A stretch of DNA of 60,584 nt, counting the filler. It is 5 parts of 5 records of this genome, joined end to end, with 100 filler letters (N's around TTAATTAATTAA, not from the genome) between each part and the next. Parts side by side here need not be neighbours in the genome. Positions count along the whole stretch, not along the records: positions 1 to 15,593 come from SRR22947725_2250; 4 more parts are not named here. One strand, given 5' to 3'. Each line of letters begins with the position of its first letter. Positions within the stretch are counted from its first letter, which is position 1. Positions 1 through 11,279 of the stretch are shown in pieces. Below the pieces are notes generated by a model, which saw only the letters and a list, made by a program, of their open reading frames with translations, was not told the origin of the DNA and searched no databases. The position numbers and the translations under genes were made by a program.

Positions 1-2
1 AA

Positions 3-32
3 TGTGGTAAAATGTGGTAAAATGTGGTAAAA
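3..32 (+). promoter_or_regulatory. MraZ-binding direct repeats: three TGTGGTAAAA units with 10-bp period, possibly cut by the window edge
   Basis: aatgtggtaa repeated x3 directly upstream of mraZ. GTGG/TGGG boxes at 10-bp spacing are the known MraZ operator architecture. Confidence 0.8.
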
Positions 33-38
33 TTTCGA

Positions 39-46
39 TATATTTG
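39..46 (+). promoter_or_regulatory. Bacteroidota primary-sigma -7 promoter element of the dcw operon
   Basis: TATATTTG fits TAnnTTTG, ending 19 nt upstream of the mraZ GTG and just downstream of the MraZ boxes. Confidence 0.65.
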
Positions 47-64
47 AGTTAAACCAAAATTATA

Positions 65-529
65 GTGATTAACCTGATAGGAACATATGAATGCAAAATT
101 GACGTCAAGGGACGATTGATGCTTCCAGTCAATTTAAAAAAGCAGTTAGGTGAACACTTAAATGATAGCTTTATTGTTAAAAGATCAGTATTTCAAAAAT
201 GTTTAGAAATTCATCCTTTTTCGGAATGGAAAAACACTATGCACAAGCTTAACAAACTCAACAGGTTTGTTAAAAAGAATAATGATTTCATAAGAAGATA
301 TAATGCAGGTGTTAGAATTATTGAATTGGATAACAGTGGAAGATTGTTAATTCCAAAAGATTTATCAAAATTATATTTCTCAAATAACGAGATTGTACTT
401 ACTTCTGCTATAAACATAATTGAAGTATGGAATAAAATTTCTTACGAGGAATTTATTAACGATCCAAATTTAAATTTTGCAGATTTATCTGAAAGTGTAA
501 TGGGTAATCAGTCAAGCGATGTATCATAG
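65..529 (+). CDS. mraZ: Transcriptional repressor MraZ
   Basis: Two DxxGR motifs (IDVKGRL, LDNSGRL); first gene of the dcw cluster. Confidence 0.95.
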   Translation: MINLIGTYECKIDVKGRLMLPVNLKKQLGEHLNDSFIVKRSVFQKCLEIHPFSEWKNTMHKLNKLNRFVKKNNDFIRRYNAGVRIIELDNSGRLLIPKDLSKLYFSNNEIVLTSAINIIEVWNKISYEEFINDPNLNFADLSESVMGNQSSDVS

Positions 530-1412
530 TCCAGTTATGCCTCAAGAATCGATTGATAGTTTGAATATTTTAAGTGATGGCATATACGTTGATTTAACTT
601 TTGGTGGAGGAGGTCATTCAAAATTAATTTTAAACAATTTAAGCAGTAAAGGAAAATTGATAGCATTTGATCAGGATACAGATGCATTTCAAAATAAAAT
701 TGATGATTCAAGATTTATTTTGATTAATCAAAATTTTAAATTTTTACAACAAAATTTGAAATACAATAATGTATTAAATGTTGATGGGGTGTTTGCTGAT
801 TTAGGAGTTTCATCACATCAATTTGACAGCGCTGTAAGAGGATTTTCTATTCGTTATGATTCTGAAATAGATATGAGAATGAACACTAACTCCTCATTTG
901 ATGCTCAGGAAATATTAAATGAATATTCAGAAAGTCAACTCTCGAACATCTTATTTGAATATGCTGATTTAAGAAATTCAAAAGAGATTTCAAAAACTAT
1001 TGTTGAAGCAAGGACTATTAAAAAAATAACAAGAACTAGCCAGTTAAATGAAATACTTAGTTCTTTTCTTCCAAAAGGATTTGAAAATAAAATTCTAGCT
1101 AAAATTTACCAAGCTTTAAGAATTGAGGTTAATCAAGAAATGCATGCATTAAAAGAAGTTTTGTTGCAACTTCCTAGTTTGGTCAATAAGGGAGGAATTA
1201 TTTCTTTTATTACTTATCATTCCATTGAAGACAGAATAGTTAAAAGATTTATTCAAAATGGTTGTTTTGAATCTGAACCATTAAAAAATGAATTTGGAGT
1301 AGCTGATATTCCATTTAAAAAAACATTTAAATTTTTAGCTCCAACAAAAAAAGAAATCAAATTAAATAGTCGGGCTAGAAGTGCAAAATTAAGATCTGCA
1401 ATAAAAATATGA
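519..1412 (+). CDS. rsmH: 16S rRNA m4C1402 methyltransferase
   Basis: YHSPVM, DLTFGGGGHS, DLGVSSHQFD, QALRIEVN, NSRARSAKLR motifs. Confidence 0.97.
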   Translation: MYHSPVMPQESIDSLNILSDGIYVDLTFGGGGHSKLILNNLSSKGKLIAFDQDTDAFQNKIDDSRFILINQNFKFLQQNLKYNNVLNVDGVFADLGVSSHQFDSAVRGFSIRYDSEIDMRMNTNSSFDAQEILNEYSESQLSNILFEYADLRNSKEISKTIVEARTIKKITRTSQLNEILSSFLPKGFENKILAKIYQALRIEVNQEMHALKEVLLQLPSLVNKGGIISFITYHSIEDRIVKRFIQNGCFESEPLKNEFGVADIPFKKTFKFLAPTKKEIKLNSRARSAKLRSAIKI

Positions 1413-1717
1413 GAGATAATCTAAAAAAAATATTGCTAGGTAATTTTTTAATTGATGAAGGATCAATTAAAAACTGGGGCTACATATTTTTTTTATTTAC
1501 TATATGTTTAATAATGATCTATTCTTCTCATTTGGTCGATAGTAAGATTATAAAAATAGGTGAATTAAAAAACGAAGTTTCAGTTCTACAAAGCAATTTT
1601 ATAAGCAAAAGAAAAGAAGTCATGAAATTAAAAATGGAATCAAATGTATCACTCCTTATGAGTAATAGAAATATTGAAAGTTCCATTACACCACCAAAAA
1701 AAATAATTATTGAATAA
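1409..1717 (+). CDS. ftsL: FtsL-like cell division protein (Bacteroidota type)
   Basis: Single TM plus coiled coil, ends PPKKII; lies between rsmH and ftsI. Confidence 0.8.
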   Translation: MRDNLKKILLGNFLIDEGSIKNWGYIFFLFTICLIMIYSSHLVDSKIIKIGELKNEVSVLQSNFISKRKEVMKLKMESNVSLLMSNRNIESSITPPKKIIIE

Positions 1718-3678
1718 TGGAGACAAACCAAAAACAATTTTTATACAGGCTTTATTTAGTATCTGCTGTATTGGTGTTTTTGGGATTTGGCATAGGATAT
1801 AAAATATTTCATATTCAGTATGTTGATGGTGATAAATACAGAAAGTTAGCTAAAAATAAAACAATTCAAAATTTCACCATTTTTCCTGAAAGAGGTAATA
1901 TTTTTTCAGATGATGGAAGTTTATTAGCAGCTTCAACTACAAGTTTTGATATATATTTTGATGCTGTGACTGTTTCTGACGCTAATTTTTCAAAATATTC
2001 AAAAAAACTTTCAGAAGAACTTTCAAAAACTTTTAATATATCTGATGAGATTTTTCTAAATAGACTCGTTTTTGCTAAAAAAAATAATAAGAGATACCAT
2101 CTAATAAGTAGAGGAGTTTCAATAGAAAATATAAATAAAATTAAACAAATGCCACTTTTTAAAATGGGTGGGGTTAGAGGTGGTTTAATTATTGAAAAAA
2201 AGAATTCTAGAGATTATCCCTTAAATAAGATAGCAGAAAGAACTATTGGTTATGAAAGAATGACAAACGATGACAAATTTAGTGGAGTAGGGCTTGAGCA
2301 CGCTTTTGGTTCAAAATTAAGAGGAAAAAATGGTTTACAATTAATGCAAAAAATTTCAAATGGTAAATGGAAACCTATTTCCTCAAATAATAAAATTGAA
2401 CCAACACCAGGAACTGATATTATTTCAACAATAAATGTTGGTTTTCAAGATATTACACATCATTCTTTATTAAAACAGTTAGAGGATTTTGAAGCCGACC
2501 ACGGTACTGCAGTTGTAATGGAAACTGCAACAGGCGAAATAAAAGCAATTTCAAATTTAGGAAGAACATCGGAGGGAAAGTATTATGAAAAGTTAAATTA
2601 CGCAGTTGGAGAGCATTTTGAGCCTGGTTCTACTTTTAAATTAATGTCTGTAATTGCAGCACTTGAAGATGATAAAGTTGAACCAAATACAATTATAGAT
2701 ACAGAAAATGGAATACTTTCTTTTTATGGAAATAAAGTAAGAGACTCAAAACCGGGTGGGTATGGAGAAATTTCTCTTAACGATGCTTTTAAATTCTCAT
2801 CAAATACGGGAATTGTAAAAGTTATTAGTGAATCATATGGTGATGAACCTCGAAAATTTTCAGATAGACTTTATAACATGGGTTTAAATAATAAGTTAGG
2901 AGTATCAATTCTGGGAGAGTCAAATCCAAGAATTCCACACCCAAATGATAAAAATTGGAATGGTTTATCTCTTCCGTGGATGGCTTACGGATATGGCGTA
3001 TTATTATCACCATTACAAATTTTAACATTTTACAATTCAGTTGCTAATAACGGAGAAATGGTTAAACCAGTTTTTACAAGACATAGTAGTTCAGCTAGAA
3101 ATAAAACAATTTTAAATCCATCAATTTGTTCAGATGATACGCTGAACAAGGTTAAACTCATGCTAGAAAATGTTGTTAATGAAAAAGGTGGAACAGGAAA
3201 CAATATAAAATCAAATATTTATAAAATTGCAGGAAAAACTGGAACTGGTCAAGTTGATTATAACACTGATGATATGCAATACATTTCAAGTTTTGTTGGA
3301 TATTTTCCGGCCGATAAACCTAAATATTCATGTATTGTGGTAATCCATAAACCAAACAAGAAAAAAGGATATTATGGAGCCACAGTTGCTGCCCCAGTTT
3401 TTAAGAAAATTGCTGACAAAATATATTCATTAACTCCTAGGTCTGTTGATTTTAATAAATCAGAAAAATTTAATCTTTCTAAAATTTACAACGATGACGA
3501 TTACCGTTTAATCGACATTAATAATTTATCAATTATTAAAGGAAAAAACTTCAAAAATATTTTACCTGCTTTGGAAAATAACGGTTTTAAAGTTTCTTTT
3601 AAAGGAAGTGGTTTGATCATTAAAAATTTCAAATTAATTAATAAATCTAAAAAACAAATAGTTATAAGTCTTACATGA
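1717..3678 (+). CDS. ftsI: Class B penicillin-binding protein (septal transpeptidase) with degenerate C-terminal PASTA-like region
   Basis: RGNIF, EPGSTFK (SxxK), SSN (SxN), KTGT motifs. Confidence 0.95.
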   Translation: METNQKQFLYRLYLVSAVLVFLGFGIGYKIFHIQYVDGDKYRKLAKNKTIQNFTIFPERGNIFSDDGSLLAASTTSFDIYFDAVTVSDANFSKYSKKLSEELSKTFNISDEIFLNRLVFAKKNNKRYHLISRGVSIENINKIKQMPLFKMGGVRGGLIIEKKNSRDYPLNKIAERTIGYERMTNDDKFSGVGLEHAFGSKLRGKNGLQLMQKISNGKWKPISSNNKIEPTPGTDIISTINVGFQDITHHSLLKQLEDFEADHGTAVVMETATGEIKAISNLGRTSEGKYYEKLNYAVGEHFEPGSTFKLMSVIAALEDDKVEPNTIIDTENGILSFYGNKVRDSKPGGYGEISLNDAFKFSSNTGIVKVISESYGDEPRKFSDRLYNMGLNNKLGVSILGESNPRIPHPNDKNWNGLSLPWMAYGYGVLLSPLQILTFYNSVANNGEMVKPVFTRHSSSARNKTILNPSICSDDTLNKVKLMLENVVNEKGGTGNNIKSNIYKIAGKTGTGQVDYNTDDMQYISSFVGYFPADKPKYSCIVVIHKPNKKKGYYGATVAAPVFKKIADKIYSLTPRSVDFNKSEKFNLSKIYNDDDYRLIDINNLSIIKGKNFKNILPALENNGFKVSFKGSGLIIKNFKLINKSKKQIVISLT

Positions 3679-5135
3679 AGTTACTTAAAGACATATTATA
3701 CGGAGTAGAAATACAATCTGTTATTGGAAATACAGATATTGGTATTAATAAAATAGAATTTAACTCTAAAAAAATTATACAAAATGATTTATTCATAGCT
3801 ATTAAGGGTTATAAATCAGATGGAAATAGTTTTATAAGTAATTCTATTTCTAAAGGAGCAAAAGCTATTATATGCAATTCAGTTCCTAGTCAAATCACAA
3901 AAGATGTAACCTATATAATTGTTTTTGATTCAAGAAAAACTTTATCCTTAATATCTTCAAATTATTATGATAATCCCTCAAAAAAAATAAAGCTTGTAGG
4001 AGTTACTGGAACTAATGGTAAAACATCTAGCACTACATTAATGTATCAGCTTTTCAAAAGTTTTAATAAAAAGGTGGGATTAATATCAACTAATATAATT
4101 CTGGTTAATGATATTGAATTTAATACTAGCCAAACTACTCCTGACTCATTATTTCTGAACTATATTTTAAACGAAATGGTTAATTCGAAAGTCGAATATT
4201 GTTTTATGGAAGTTTCATCTCATGCAATATCTCAAATGAGAACTTATAATTTAAATTTTAATGTAGGTGTTTTTACAAATTTGACTCATGACCATTTAGA
4301 TTATCATAAGTCTTTTAAAGATTATCGAGATGTTAAAAAAATATTTTTTGATTGTTTGCCAAAATCAAGTTTTGCAATAACCAATGTTGATGATAAGAAT
4401 GGTAATTATATGGTTCAAAATGCAGTTTGTAAAATCTTTTCATATTCTTTAAAATCAAATTCAGATTTTTCTTTGAAAATATTAGAAAAAGATTTTAATG
4501 GAATGAAATTATTAATAGATGATACCGAATTATGGACTAAGCTAACAGGAACTTTTAATGCATATAATATATTAACAGTTTTTTGTGTTGCTAAAGTTTT
4601 TAATATTTCAAATGAATTAATCTTACAGAAAATCAGCTCATTAAACTCTCCTGAGGGAAGATTCGAGTTAGTTAATTTGAATAGTGATAAAATTGGAATA
4701 ATCGATTATGCTCATAGTCCAGATTCTTTAAAAAATGTTTTGAACACTATTAATGATATAAAGAAGCTAAGCGAATCATTAATAACTGTTGTGGGTTGTG
4801 GTGGTGAAAGAGATAAAGAAAAAAGACCTCTAATGGGAAAAATAGCATGCTCTCTTAGTGACAAAGTTATTTTTACATCTGATAATCCAAGATCTGAGGA
4901 TCCTATTTTGATTATAGATCAAATGAAAAATGGAGTAGAAAAGAAAGACAAACATAAATTTATTTTAGAAATAAATAGGAGGAAAGCCATTCAAGATGCA
5001 TGTGAAATAGCAAGGAAAAACGATATTATTTTGATAGCTGGTAAGGGGCACGAGAAATACCAAATTAAAGGACAAGAAAAAATTGAGTTTAATGACAAAA
5101 ATTTTTTAATAGAATCACTAAAAACTACTAATTAA
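3675..5135 (+). CDS. murE: UDP-MurNAc-tripeptide synthetase (meso-DAP ligase)
   Basis: [36 protein letters not shown] motifs. Confidence 0.97.
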   Translation: MKLLKDILYGVEIQSVIGNTDIGINKIEFNSKKIIQNDLFIAIKGYKSDGNSFISNSISKGAKAIICNSVPSQITKDVTYIIVFDSRKTLSLISSNYYDNPSKKIKLVGVTGTNGKTSSTTLMYQLFKSFNKKVGLISTNIILVNDIEFNTSQTTPDSLFLNYILNEMVNSKVEYCFMEVSSHAISQMRTYNLNFNVGVFTNLTHDHLDYHKSFKDYRDVKKIFFDCLPKSSFAITNVDDKNGNYMVQNAVCKIFSYSLKSNSDFSLKILEKDFNGMKLLIDDTELWTKLTGTFNAYNILTVFCVAKVFNISNELILQKISSLNSPEGRFELVNLNSDKIGIIDYAHSPDSLKNVLNTINDIKKLSESLITVVGCGGERDKEKRPLMGKIACSLSDKVIFTSDNPRSEDPILIIDQMKNGVEKKDKHKFILEINRRKAIQDACEIARKNDIILIAGKGHEKYQIKGQEKIEFNDKNFLIESLKTTN

Positions 5136-5136
5136 A

Positions 5137-6351
5137 ATGTTTTATTTTTTATTTGAATATTTAGAAAATCAATTCCAGTTAACAGGTGCTAGTTTATTTC
5201 AATACATTTCTTTTAGATCATCTTTAGCATTTATTTTTTCATTGTTTTTTTCTATTACTTTTGGTAAAAAAATAATTAATTTTTTAAATAAAAAACAAAT
5301 TGGTGAGTCAATTAGAGACTTAGGTTTGATAGGTCAAAAAGAAAAAAATGGTACACCTACTATGGGTGGACTAATCATTATTTTTTCTACTATTATACCA
5401 GTTTTACTTTTTTCAAACTTCACCAACGTTTATATTCTTCTTCTTCTTTTTACAACTATCTGGCTTGGTATTATAGGTTTTTTAGATGATTATATTAAAG
5501 TATTTAAAAAAAACAAGAAAGGACTTAAAGGTAGATTTAAAATTATCGGACAGATTAGTCTTGGTTTGATTGTTGGTTTAACTTTATTTTTTCATCCTCA
5601 GGTAACTTTAAAAAATCAAAATAATATAGATTCAAATGATATTGTACAAGTTGTTGAAAATTCTGAATATAAGTCTACTAAAACAACCGTTCCATTTTTA
5701 AAAAACAATGAATTTGATTATTCATTTTTCAGTTCATTAACAAATAATGAAAGTAAAACTATAAGTGTAATTATTTTTGTATTCTTTGTTATCTTAATAA
5801 TAACATCAGTTTCTAATGCTGCTAATTTAACTGATGGAATCGATGGCTTAGCAGCTGGCTCTTCGGTGATTATCACTTTAACATTAGGAGTGTTTGCTTG
5901 GGTTTCTGGAAATATAATTTTTTCAGAATATTTGAACATAATGTATATACCTAGAGTAGGTGAGGTAGTTATTTTTATTTCATCTTTTATAGGGGGACTA
6001 ATAGGGTTTTTATGGTATAATACTTATCCTGCTCAAGTCTTTATGGGAGACACAGGTAGTTTAACTATTGGAGGTGTTATTGCGGTAATAGCCATAATTG
6101 TAAGAAAGGAGTTATTACTTCCACTTATTTGTGGTGTTTTTTTAATCGAAACTTTATCTGTAATAATTCAAGTTACTTTCTTTAAATATACTAAGAGTAA
6201 GAAAGGTGTTGGACAAAGAATTTTTCTTATGTCACCCATACATCATCACTTTCAAAAAACTGGATTACATGAAAGTAAAATTGTTGTTAGATTTTGGATA
6301 ATTGGAATTTTATTAGCGATTTTATCATTAATAACATTGAAAATTAGATAA
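5137..6351 (+). CDS. mraY: Phospho-MurNAc-pentapeptide transferase
   Basis: [29 protein letters not shown] motifs; multi-TM. Confidence 0.97.
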   Translation: MFYFLFEYLENQFQLTGASLFQYISFRSSLAFIFSLFFSITFGKKIINFLNKKQIGESIRDLGLIGQKEKNGTPTMGGLIIIFSTIIPVLLFSNFTNVYILLLLFTTIWLGIIGFLDDYIKVFKKNKKGLKGRFKIIGQISLGLIVGLTLFFHPQVTLKNQNNIDSNDIVQVVENSEYKSTKTTVPFLKNNEFDYSFFSSLTNNESKTISVIIFVFFVILIITSVSNAANLTDGIDGLAAGSSVIITLTLGVFAWVSGNIIFSEYLNIMYIPRVGEVVIFISSFIGGLIGFLWYNTYPAQVFMGDTGSLTIGGVIAVIAIIVRKELLLPLICGVFLIETLSVIIQVTFFKYTKSKKGVGQRIFLMSPIHHHFQKTGLHESKIVVRFWIIGILLAILSLITLKIR

Positions 6352-6353
6352 TA

Positions 6354-7694
6354 ATGAAAAATAGTATTGTTGTTATTGGAGGTGGAGAAAGTGGTGTTGG
6401 AGCTGCCTTTCTTGCTAATAAGAATGGATATGATGTTTTCCTTTCAGAGTTTAACACAATACAAAAAAAATATAAAAAAATATTAGAAAACAATCAAATT
6501 AATTACGAAGAGGGTGGACATACTCTAGCTAAGTTTTTCAATGCCAAAGAGGTTGTTAAAAGTCCCGGAATTTCTAATAACTCAGAAATAATTATCAAAA
6601 TTAAATCTAAAAATATACCAATAATTTCAGAAATTGAATTTGCCTATAGATTTACAAATTCTATTTTAATTGGAGTTACTGGATCTAATGGTAAAACAAC
6701 TACATGTTCTCTTATTTATCACATTCTTAAAAACTCTGGAAAAAGTGTTGGACTGGCTGGTAATATTGGTAATAGTTTTTCTTTTTTAACGGCCGAAAAT
6801 AACTTTGAATATGTTGTATTAGAACTAAGTAGTTTTCAATTAGAGGATATAATAAATTTTCATCCGTTTATCTCAATTATCACCAATTTAACGCCTGATC
6901 ATTTAGAGAGATATAATTATGATTTTCAGAATTATGTTAACTCAAAATTCAAAATCATTTCTAATCAGACATCATCAGATTATTTAATTTACAATTATGA
7001 CGATGACAAAATCATTTCTGAACTAGGCAATAGAAATATTAATTCTATAAAAATTCCATTTTCACTCGAAAACTCTAATGGGAATAATCTTACTTATTTT
7101 AAAAACGAAAATATTAATTCTAATATAAATAACTCAAATTTTATGATACCAATCGAAAATTTATCTATTAAAGGAAAGCATAATGTTCAAAATAATATGG
7201 CTGCAGCAACTGTTGCAAAAATTTTAAATATTAGCAATGAAAATATCAGAGAGTCATTAGGAAATTTTCAATCTATAAATCATAGACTTGAACATGTGTT
7301 AACAATCCAAAAAGTAAAATATATAAATGATTCAAAAGCCACAAATGTAAACGCGGTTTATTACGCTTTAGATTCTATGAAATCTTCAACTGTTTGGATT
7401 GTTGGAGGTGTAGATAAGGGAAATAATTACGATGATTTAATTCCTTTGGTAAGAGAAAAGGTTAAAGCAATTATTTGTATTGGAATTGATAATTCAAAAA
7501 TTATAGAATCATTTTCTCCATTTGTTGAGACAATTATAGAAAACGACAATATGGTTCAAGCTGTAAAAAATGCATATAAAATTGCTGAACCTAAAGATAG
7601 TGTGTTATTGTCACCAGCCTGTTCAAGTTTTGACTTATTCAAAAATTACGAAGACAGAGGAAATCAATTTAAAGATGCGGTTAGAAAATTGTAA
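6354..7694 (+). CDS. murD: UDP-MurNAc-L-Ala-D-Glu ligase
   Basis: GVTGSNGKTT, ELSSFQL, NDSKATN, LLSPACSSFD motifs. Confidence 0.97.
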   Translation: MKNSIVVIGGGESGVGAAFLANKNGYDVFLSEFNTIQKKYKKILENNQINYEEGGHTLAKFFNAKEVVKSPGISNNSEIIIKIKSKNIPIISEIEFAYRFTNSILIGVTGSNGKTTTCSLIYHILKNSGKSVGLAGNIGNSFSFLTAENNFEYVVLELSSFQLEDIINFHPFISIITNLTPDHLERYNYDFQNYVNSKFKIISNQTSSDYLIYNYDDDKIISELGNRNINSIKIPFSLENSNGNNLTYFKNENINSNINNSNFMIPIENLSIKGKHNVQNNMAAATVAKILNISNENIRESLGNFQSINHRLEHVLTIQKVKYINDSKATNVNAVYYALDSMKSSTVWIVGGVDKGNNYDDLIPLVREKVKAIICIGIDNSKIIESFSPFVETIIENDNMVQAVKNAYKIAEPKDSVLLSPACSSFDLFKNYEDRGNQFKDAVRKL

Positions 7695-8866
7695 TGAATT
7701 TATTAATAAAAAAAATCAGAGGAGATAAGATAATTTGGTCAATAGTTCTATTATTGGCAGTTTTTTCTTTTTTACCTGTTTACAGTGCAAGCTCTAATTT
7801 TGGAAACAGCTTTGTTTTATCGAATGTCATAAAACATTTTGCAATTATAACAGTTGGTGTTTTAATAATGTACGGTACACATTTAATTCCTTATAAATAT
7901 TTTAAGGGATTGTCAAAATTGGCATTACCTTTAATAATAACTGTTTTACTTATTACTTCTTTACAGGGAAATGTAATAGATGGAGCTAACGCAAGTAGAT
8001 GGATTAAGTTACCAATAATTGGTTTATCTTTTCAGCCGTCGTCGATGGCTATAGTTGTGTTGATGGTTTATGTTTCATTTTATTTGTCTAAAAATTATAA
8101 TAAAAACATAAGTTTTTCTAAATCTATAATTCCTTTATGGATTCCAATTATATTAATAGTGTTTTTAATCTTACCATCAAACTTTTCGACTGCTGCTATG
8201 ATATTTTTGATGATAATTACTTTAATTTTCATTGGAGGATATCCTTTTAAATATTTACTAGGAATAGGGATTTCTGGAATAATACTTTTTTCACTTTTCT
8301 TTTTAACTGTGAAAAATTATCCAGATTTAATGCCTAATAGAATAGATACATGGGTAAGTAGAATCGAAAATTTTTCATCATCTGAGAATTCTGAAAATAA
8401 TTATCAAATTTTGAGAGCTAAATCTGCAATAGCATCTGGAATGGTTTTCGGAGTTGGGGCAGGAAAAAGTTCAATGAAAAATATTCTTCCCCAAAGTACA
8501 TCTGATTTTATTTATGCAATAATTACTGAAGAATATGGAACTGTAGGAGCAATTAGTATATTGTTTCTGTACCTTTTATTATTTTTTAGAGTAATAATAG
8601 TGTCGTATAAGTCTAATACTGTTTTTGGACAATTATTGGCATTAGGTGCAGGGTTACCTATAATTTTTCAAGCATTCATTAATATGGGAGTTGCAGTTCA
8701 GCTTTTCCCTGTTACTGGCCAGCCCCTACCTTTAATAAGTACTGGTGGGACATCTATTTGGATGACTTTTCTAGCACTTGGTATAGTTTTAAGTGTAAGT
8801 TCTAAAGATTCAATAGAAAATTTAAATACTGATAATCCCTTAAATATATTAAGTGAAACAGAATAG
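7694..8866 (+). CDS. ftsW: SEDS-family peptidoglycan polymerase FtsW
   Basis: GANASRWI, FQPS, SDFIYAII.EE.G, PVTGQPLPLISTGGTS; dcw position. Confidence 0.93.
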   Translation: MNLLIKKIRGDKIIWSIVLLLAVFSFLPVYSASSNFGNSFVLSNVIKHFAIITVGVLIMYGTHLIPYKYFKGLSKLALPLIITVLLITSLQGNVIDGANASRWIKLPIIGLSFQPSSMAIVVLMVYVSFYLSKNYNKNISFSKSIIPLWIPIILIVFLILPSNFSTAAMIFLMIITLIFIGGYPFKYLLGIGISGIILFSLFFLTVKNYPDLMPNRIDTWVSRIENFSSSENSENNYQILRAKSAIASGMVFGVGAGKSSMKNILPQSTSDFIYAIITEEYGTVGAISILFLYLLLFFRVIIVSYKSNTVFGQLLALGAGLPIIFQAFINMGVAVQLFPVTGQPLPLISTGGTSIWMTFLALGIVLSVSSKDSIENLNTDNPLNILSETE

Positions 8867-9941
8867 ATTTTTAATTTCAGGTGGAGGAACAGGAGGGCAT
8901 ATTTACCCTGCAATTTCTATTGCTGAAGAATTATCTACAAAATTTGATAACAATAAAATACTGTTTGTTGGTTCATGTGATCGAATGGAGATGCAAAAAG
9001 TTCCAGAATACGGATACGATATTAAAGGATTATGGATTAGTGGAATTAATAGAAAATTACATTTTTCAAATTTATTAGTTCCATTAAAGGTTATTTTAAG
9101 TATTATAAAATCTTATTTTATAATTAAAAACTTTAAACCTGATTTTGTAGTAGGAACCGGAGGTTTTGCCAGTGGACCGGTTTTATATGTTGCTTCAAAA
9201 TTAAAAATACCAACTCTAATTCAAGAGCAAAACTCCTATCCTGGAATTACTAATAGAATTCTATCAAAATCAGTCAATTATATTTGTGTTTCTTATCCAA
9301 AAATGGACAGGTATTTTCCTAAATCTAAATTATTGTTTACTGGAAATCCCGTAAGAAAGGATATTTATGTTTCAACAATCTCTAAAGAAGTTTCATTGGA
9401 GTTTTTTAGTCTAAATAAAAATAAAAAAACCTTATTAGTTTTGGGAGGAAGTTTAGGTGCATTAAAAATTAATGAATTTATTAAATCCAATTTAAATTAT
9501 TTCAAAAAGTTAGGTATTCAAGTTTTATGGCAATGTGGAAAAAATTATTTTCAACAATACCAATCTTTTGATTCGGACATAGTAAAAGTTAAGCCGTTCA
9601 TAAAAAGAATGAACTATGCATATAAAGTAGCTGATTATATTGTATCGAGATCTGGTGCAAGCGTGATTTCTGAATTATGCATTGTTGGTAAGCCAGTGAT
9701 TTTCATTCCTTCTCCGAACGTTGCAGAAGACCATCAAACTAAAAATGCAATGTCAATTGTTAATTTAAATTCTGCAGAAATTGTAAAAGAAAAAGATTTA
9801 GATACTGAGTTTAATCGAGTTTTTGAAAAAATATTTACTAATGAAGAATATTCTTTAAAATTATCAAATTCAATTAAAAAAATTGAAAGGCCTAATGCTA
9901 CGGTTGATATCGTTAATAAAATTAATAGTTTTTTGAAATGA
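8853..9941 (+). CDS. murG: Lipid II GlcNAc transferase
   Basis: GGGTGGHIYP, GGFASGP, EQN, GGSLGA, HQTKNA motifs. Confidence 0.97.
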   Translation: MKQNRFLISGGGTGGHIYPAISIAEELSTKFDNNKILFVGSCDRMEMQKVPEYGYDIKGLWISGINRKLHFSNLLVPLKVILSIIKSYFIIKNFKPDFVVGTGGFASGPVLYVASKLKIPTLIQEQNSYPGITNRILSKSVNYICVSYPKMDRYFPKSKLLFTGNPVRKDIYVSTISKEVSLEFFSLNKNKKTLLVLGGSLGALKINEFIKSNLNYFKKLGIQVLWQCGKNYFQQYQSFDSDIVKVKPFIKRMNYAYKVADYIVSRSGASVISELCIVGKPVIFIPSPNVAEDHQTKNAMSIVNLNSAEIVKEKDLDTEFNRVFEKIFTNEEYSLKLSNSIKKIERPNATVDIVNKINSFLK

Positions 9942-11278
9942 TTAATAATTACAAAAACATTTATTTTTTAGGAATTGGTGGTATAGGCATGTCTTCCTTA
10001 GCTTTTTATTTTATCAATGAAAAAAAATATGTTGCTGGATATGATAAAGTAAATTCTAATATAACTAAACTACTCTCAAATAAAGGCGCTAAAGTTCACT
10101 ACAAAGATGATGTTATAAATATTCCATCTGAGTTTTTAAATCATTTAGAAACTTTGATAGTGTATACTCCTGCTATTTCTAAATCTAATAAAGAGTTTAA
10201 GTTTTTTAAAGAAAATGGATTTAGAATTTTAAAAAGGTCAGAACTTCTTGGACTGATTTCTCAAAATAAATTTTGTATTGCTGTTGCAGGAACTCACGGT
10301 AAAACAACAACTTCATCAATTTTATCTCATATTCTTTATGAAAACAATATTAGCTTTACTTCTTTTATTGGAGGAATCTCTGAGAATTATGACTCAAACT
10401 TATTACAAAATGGAAATGATATTGTATTAGTTGAAGCCGACGAATTTGATAGATCATTCCATACTTTATTTCCAAATATAGCTTGTGTAACCTCAGTTGA
10501 TCCTGATCATTTAGATATTTATAATTCTAAAGAGAAATTAGATAGTGCATTTACCCAATTTGTCGACAACATTAAATCCAAAGGAGTATTATTTTCTAAT
10601 GAAAAAACTTTTCTAGGAGGTATTTCATATGGATTTAGTTCTAAATGTGAATATTTCATATCGAATTATTCTAATTCAAAATCTTCTTCCTTTTTTAATA
10701 TAAATTATAATGGAATTTCAGTCGATTCTGTAAAGTTTAATATGCCAGGAAAGCATAACGCATTAAATGCACTTGCTGCATTTGCAATTGGAAAAGAATT
10801 AAATATTGATGACAAATCAATCATAAACTCTTTGTCTACATTTTTGGGTGTTAAAAGAAGATTTAGCTACGCATTACGATCGCCTAAAATTATTATAGAC
10901 GATTATGCTCACCATCCAAGTGAGATTAAAGCTGTTTATGAAACTGTTAAAGATTTATATCCTAACAAAACAAATACTGCTATTTTTCAACCGCATTTAT
11001 ACTCAAGGACAAGAGATTTTATTGATGAATTTGCAGAAATATTATCAAAATTTGATAATATTATTTTAACAGAAATATATCCTGCAAGAGAAAAACCTAT
11101 AACAAATATTAGTTCTGAAAAATTATTAGAATTAATTGATAATAAAAATAAATCATTATTAAATAAATCTGATTTATCAAATTCTTTAAAAGAATCTGAT
11201 TCTGAAGTTTTTATAATAATGGGCGCTGGAGATATTGCTGATGAAGTTGAAATAATTAAAAATAATATTCTTTTCTGA
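9938..11278 (+). CDS. murC: UDP-MurNAc-L-Ala ligase
   Basis: GIGGIGMS, AGTHGKTTTS, EADEFDRSF, DDYAHHP, FQPH motifs. Confidence 0.97.
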   Translation: MINNYKNIYFLGIGGIGMSSLAFYFINEKKYVAGYDKVNSNITKLLSNKGAKVHYKDDVINIPSEFLNHLETLIVYTPAISKSNKEFKFFKENGFRILKRSELLGLISQNKFCIAVAGTHGKTTTSSILSHILYENNISFTSFIGGISENYDSNLLQNGNDIVLVEADEFDRSFHTLFPNIACVTSVDPDHLDIYNSKEKLDSAFTQFVDNIKSKGVLFSNEKTFLGGISYGFSSKCEYFISNYSNSKSSSFFNINYNGISVDSVKFNMPGKHNALNALAAFAIGKELNIDDKSIINSLSTFLGVKRRFSYALRSPKIIIDDYAHHPSEIKAVYETVKDLYPNKTNTAIFQPHLYSRTRDFIDEFAEILSKFDNIILTEIYPAREKPITNISSEKLLELIDNKNKSLLNKSDLSNSLKESDSEVFIIMGAGDIADEVEIIKNNILF

Positions 11279-11279
11279 T

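Noticed and set aside
1-33. Tandem 10-bp repeat as a CRISPR array or VNTR
   Set aside because: There are no spacers, and the position and GTGG core fit an MraZ operator.
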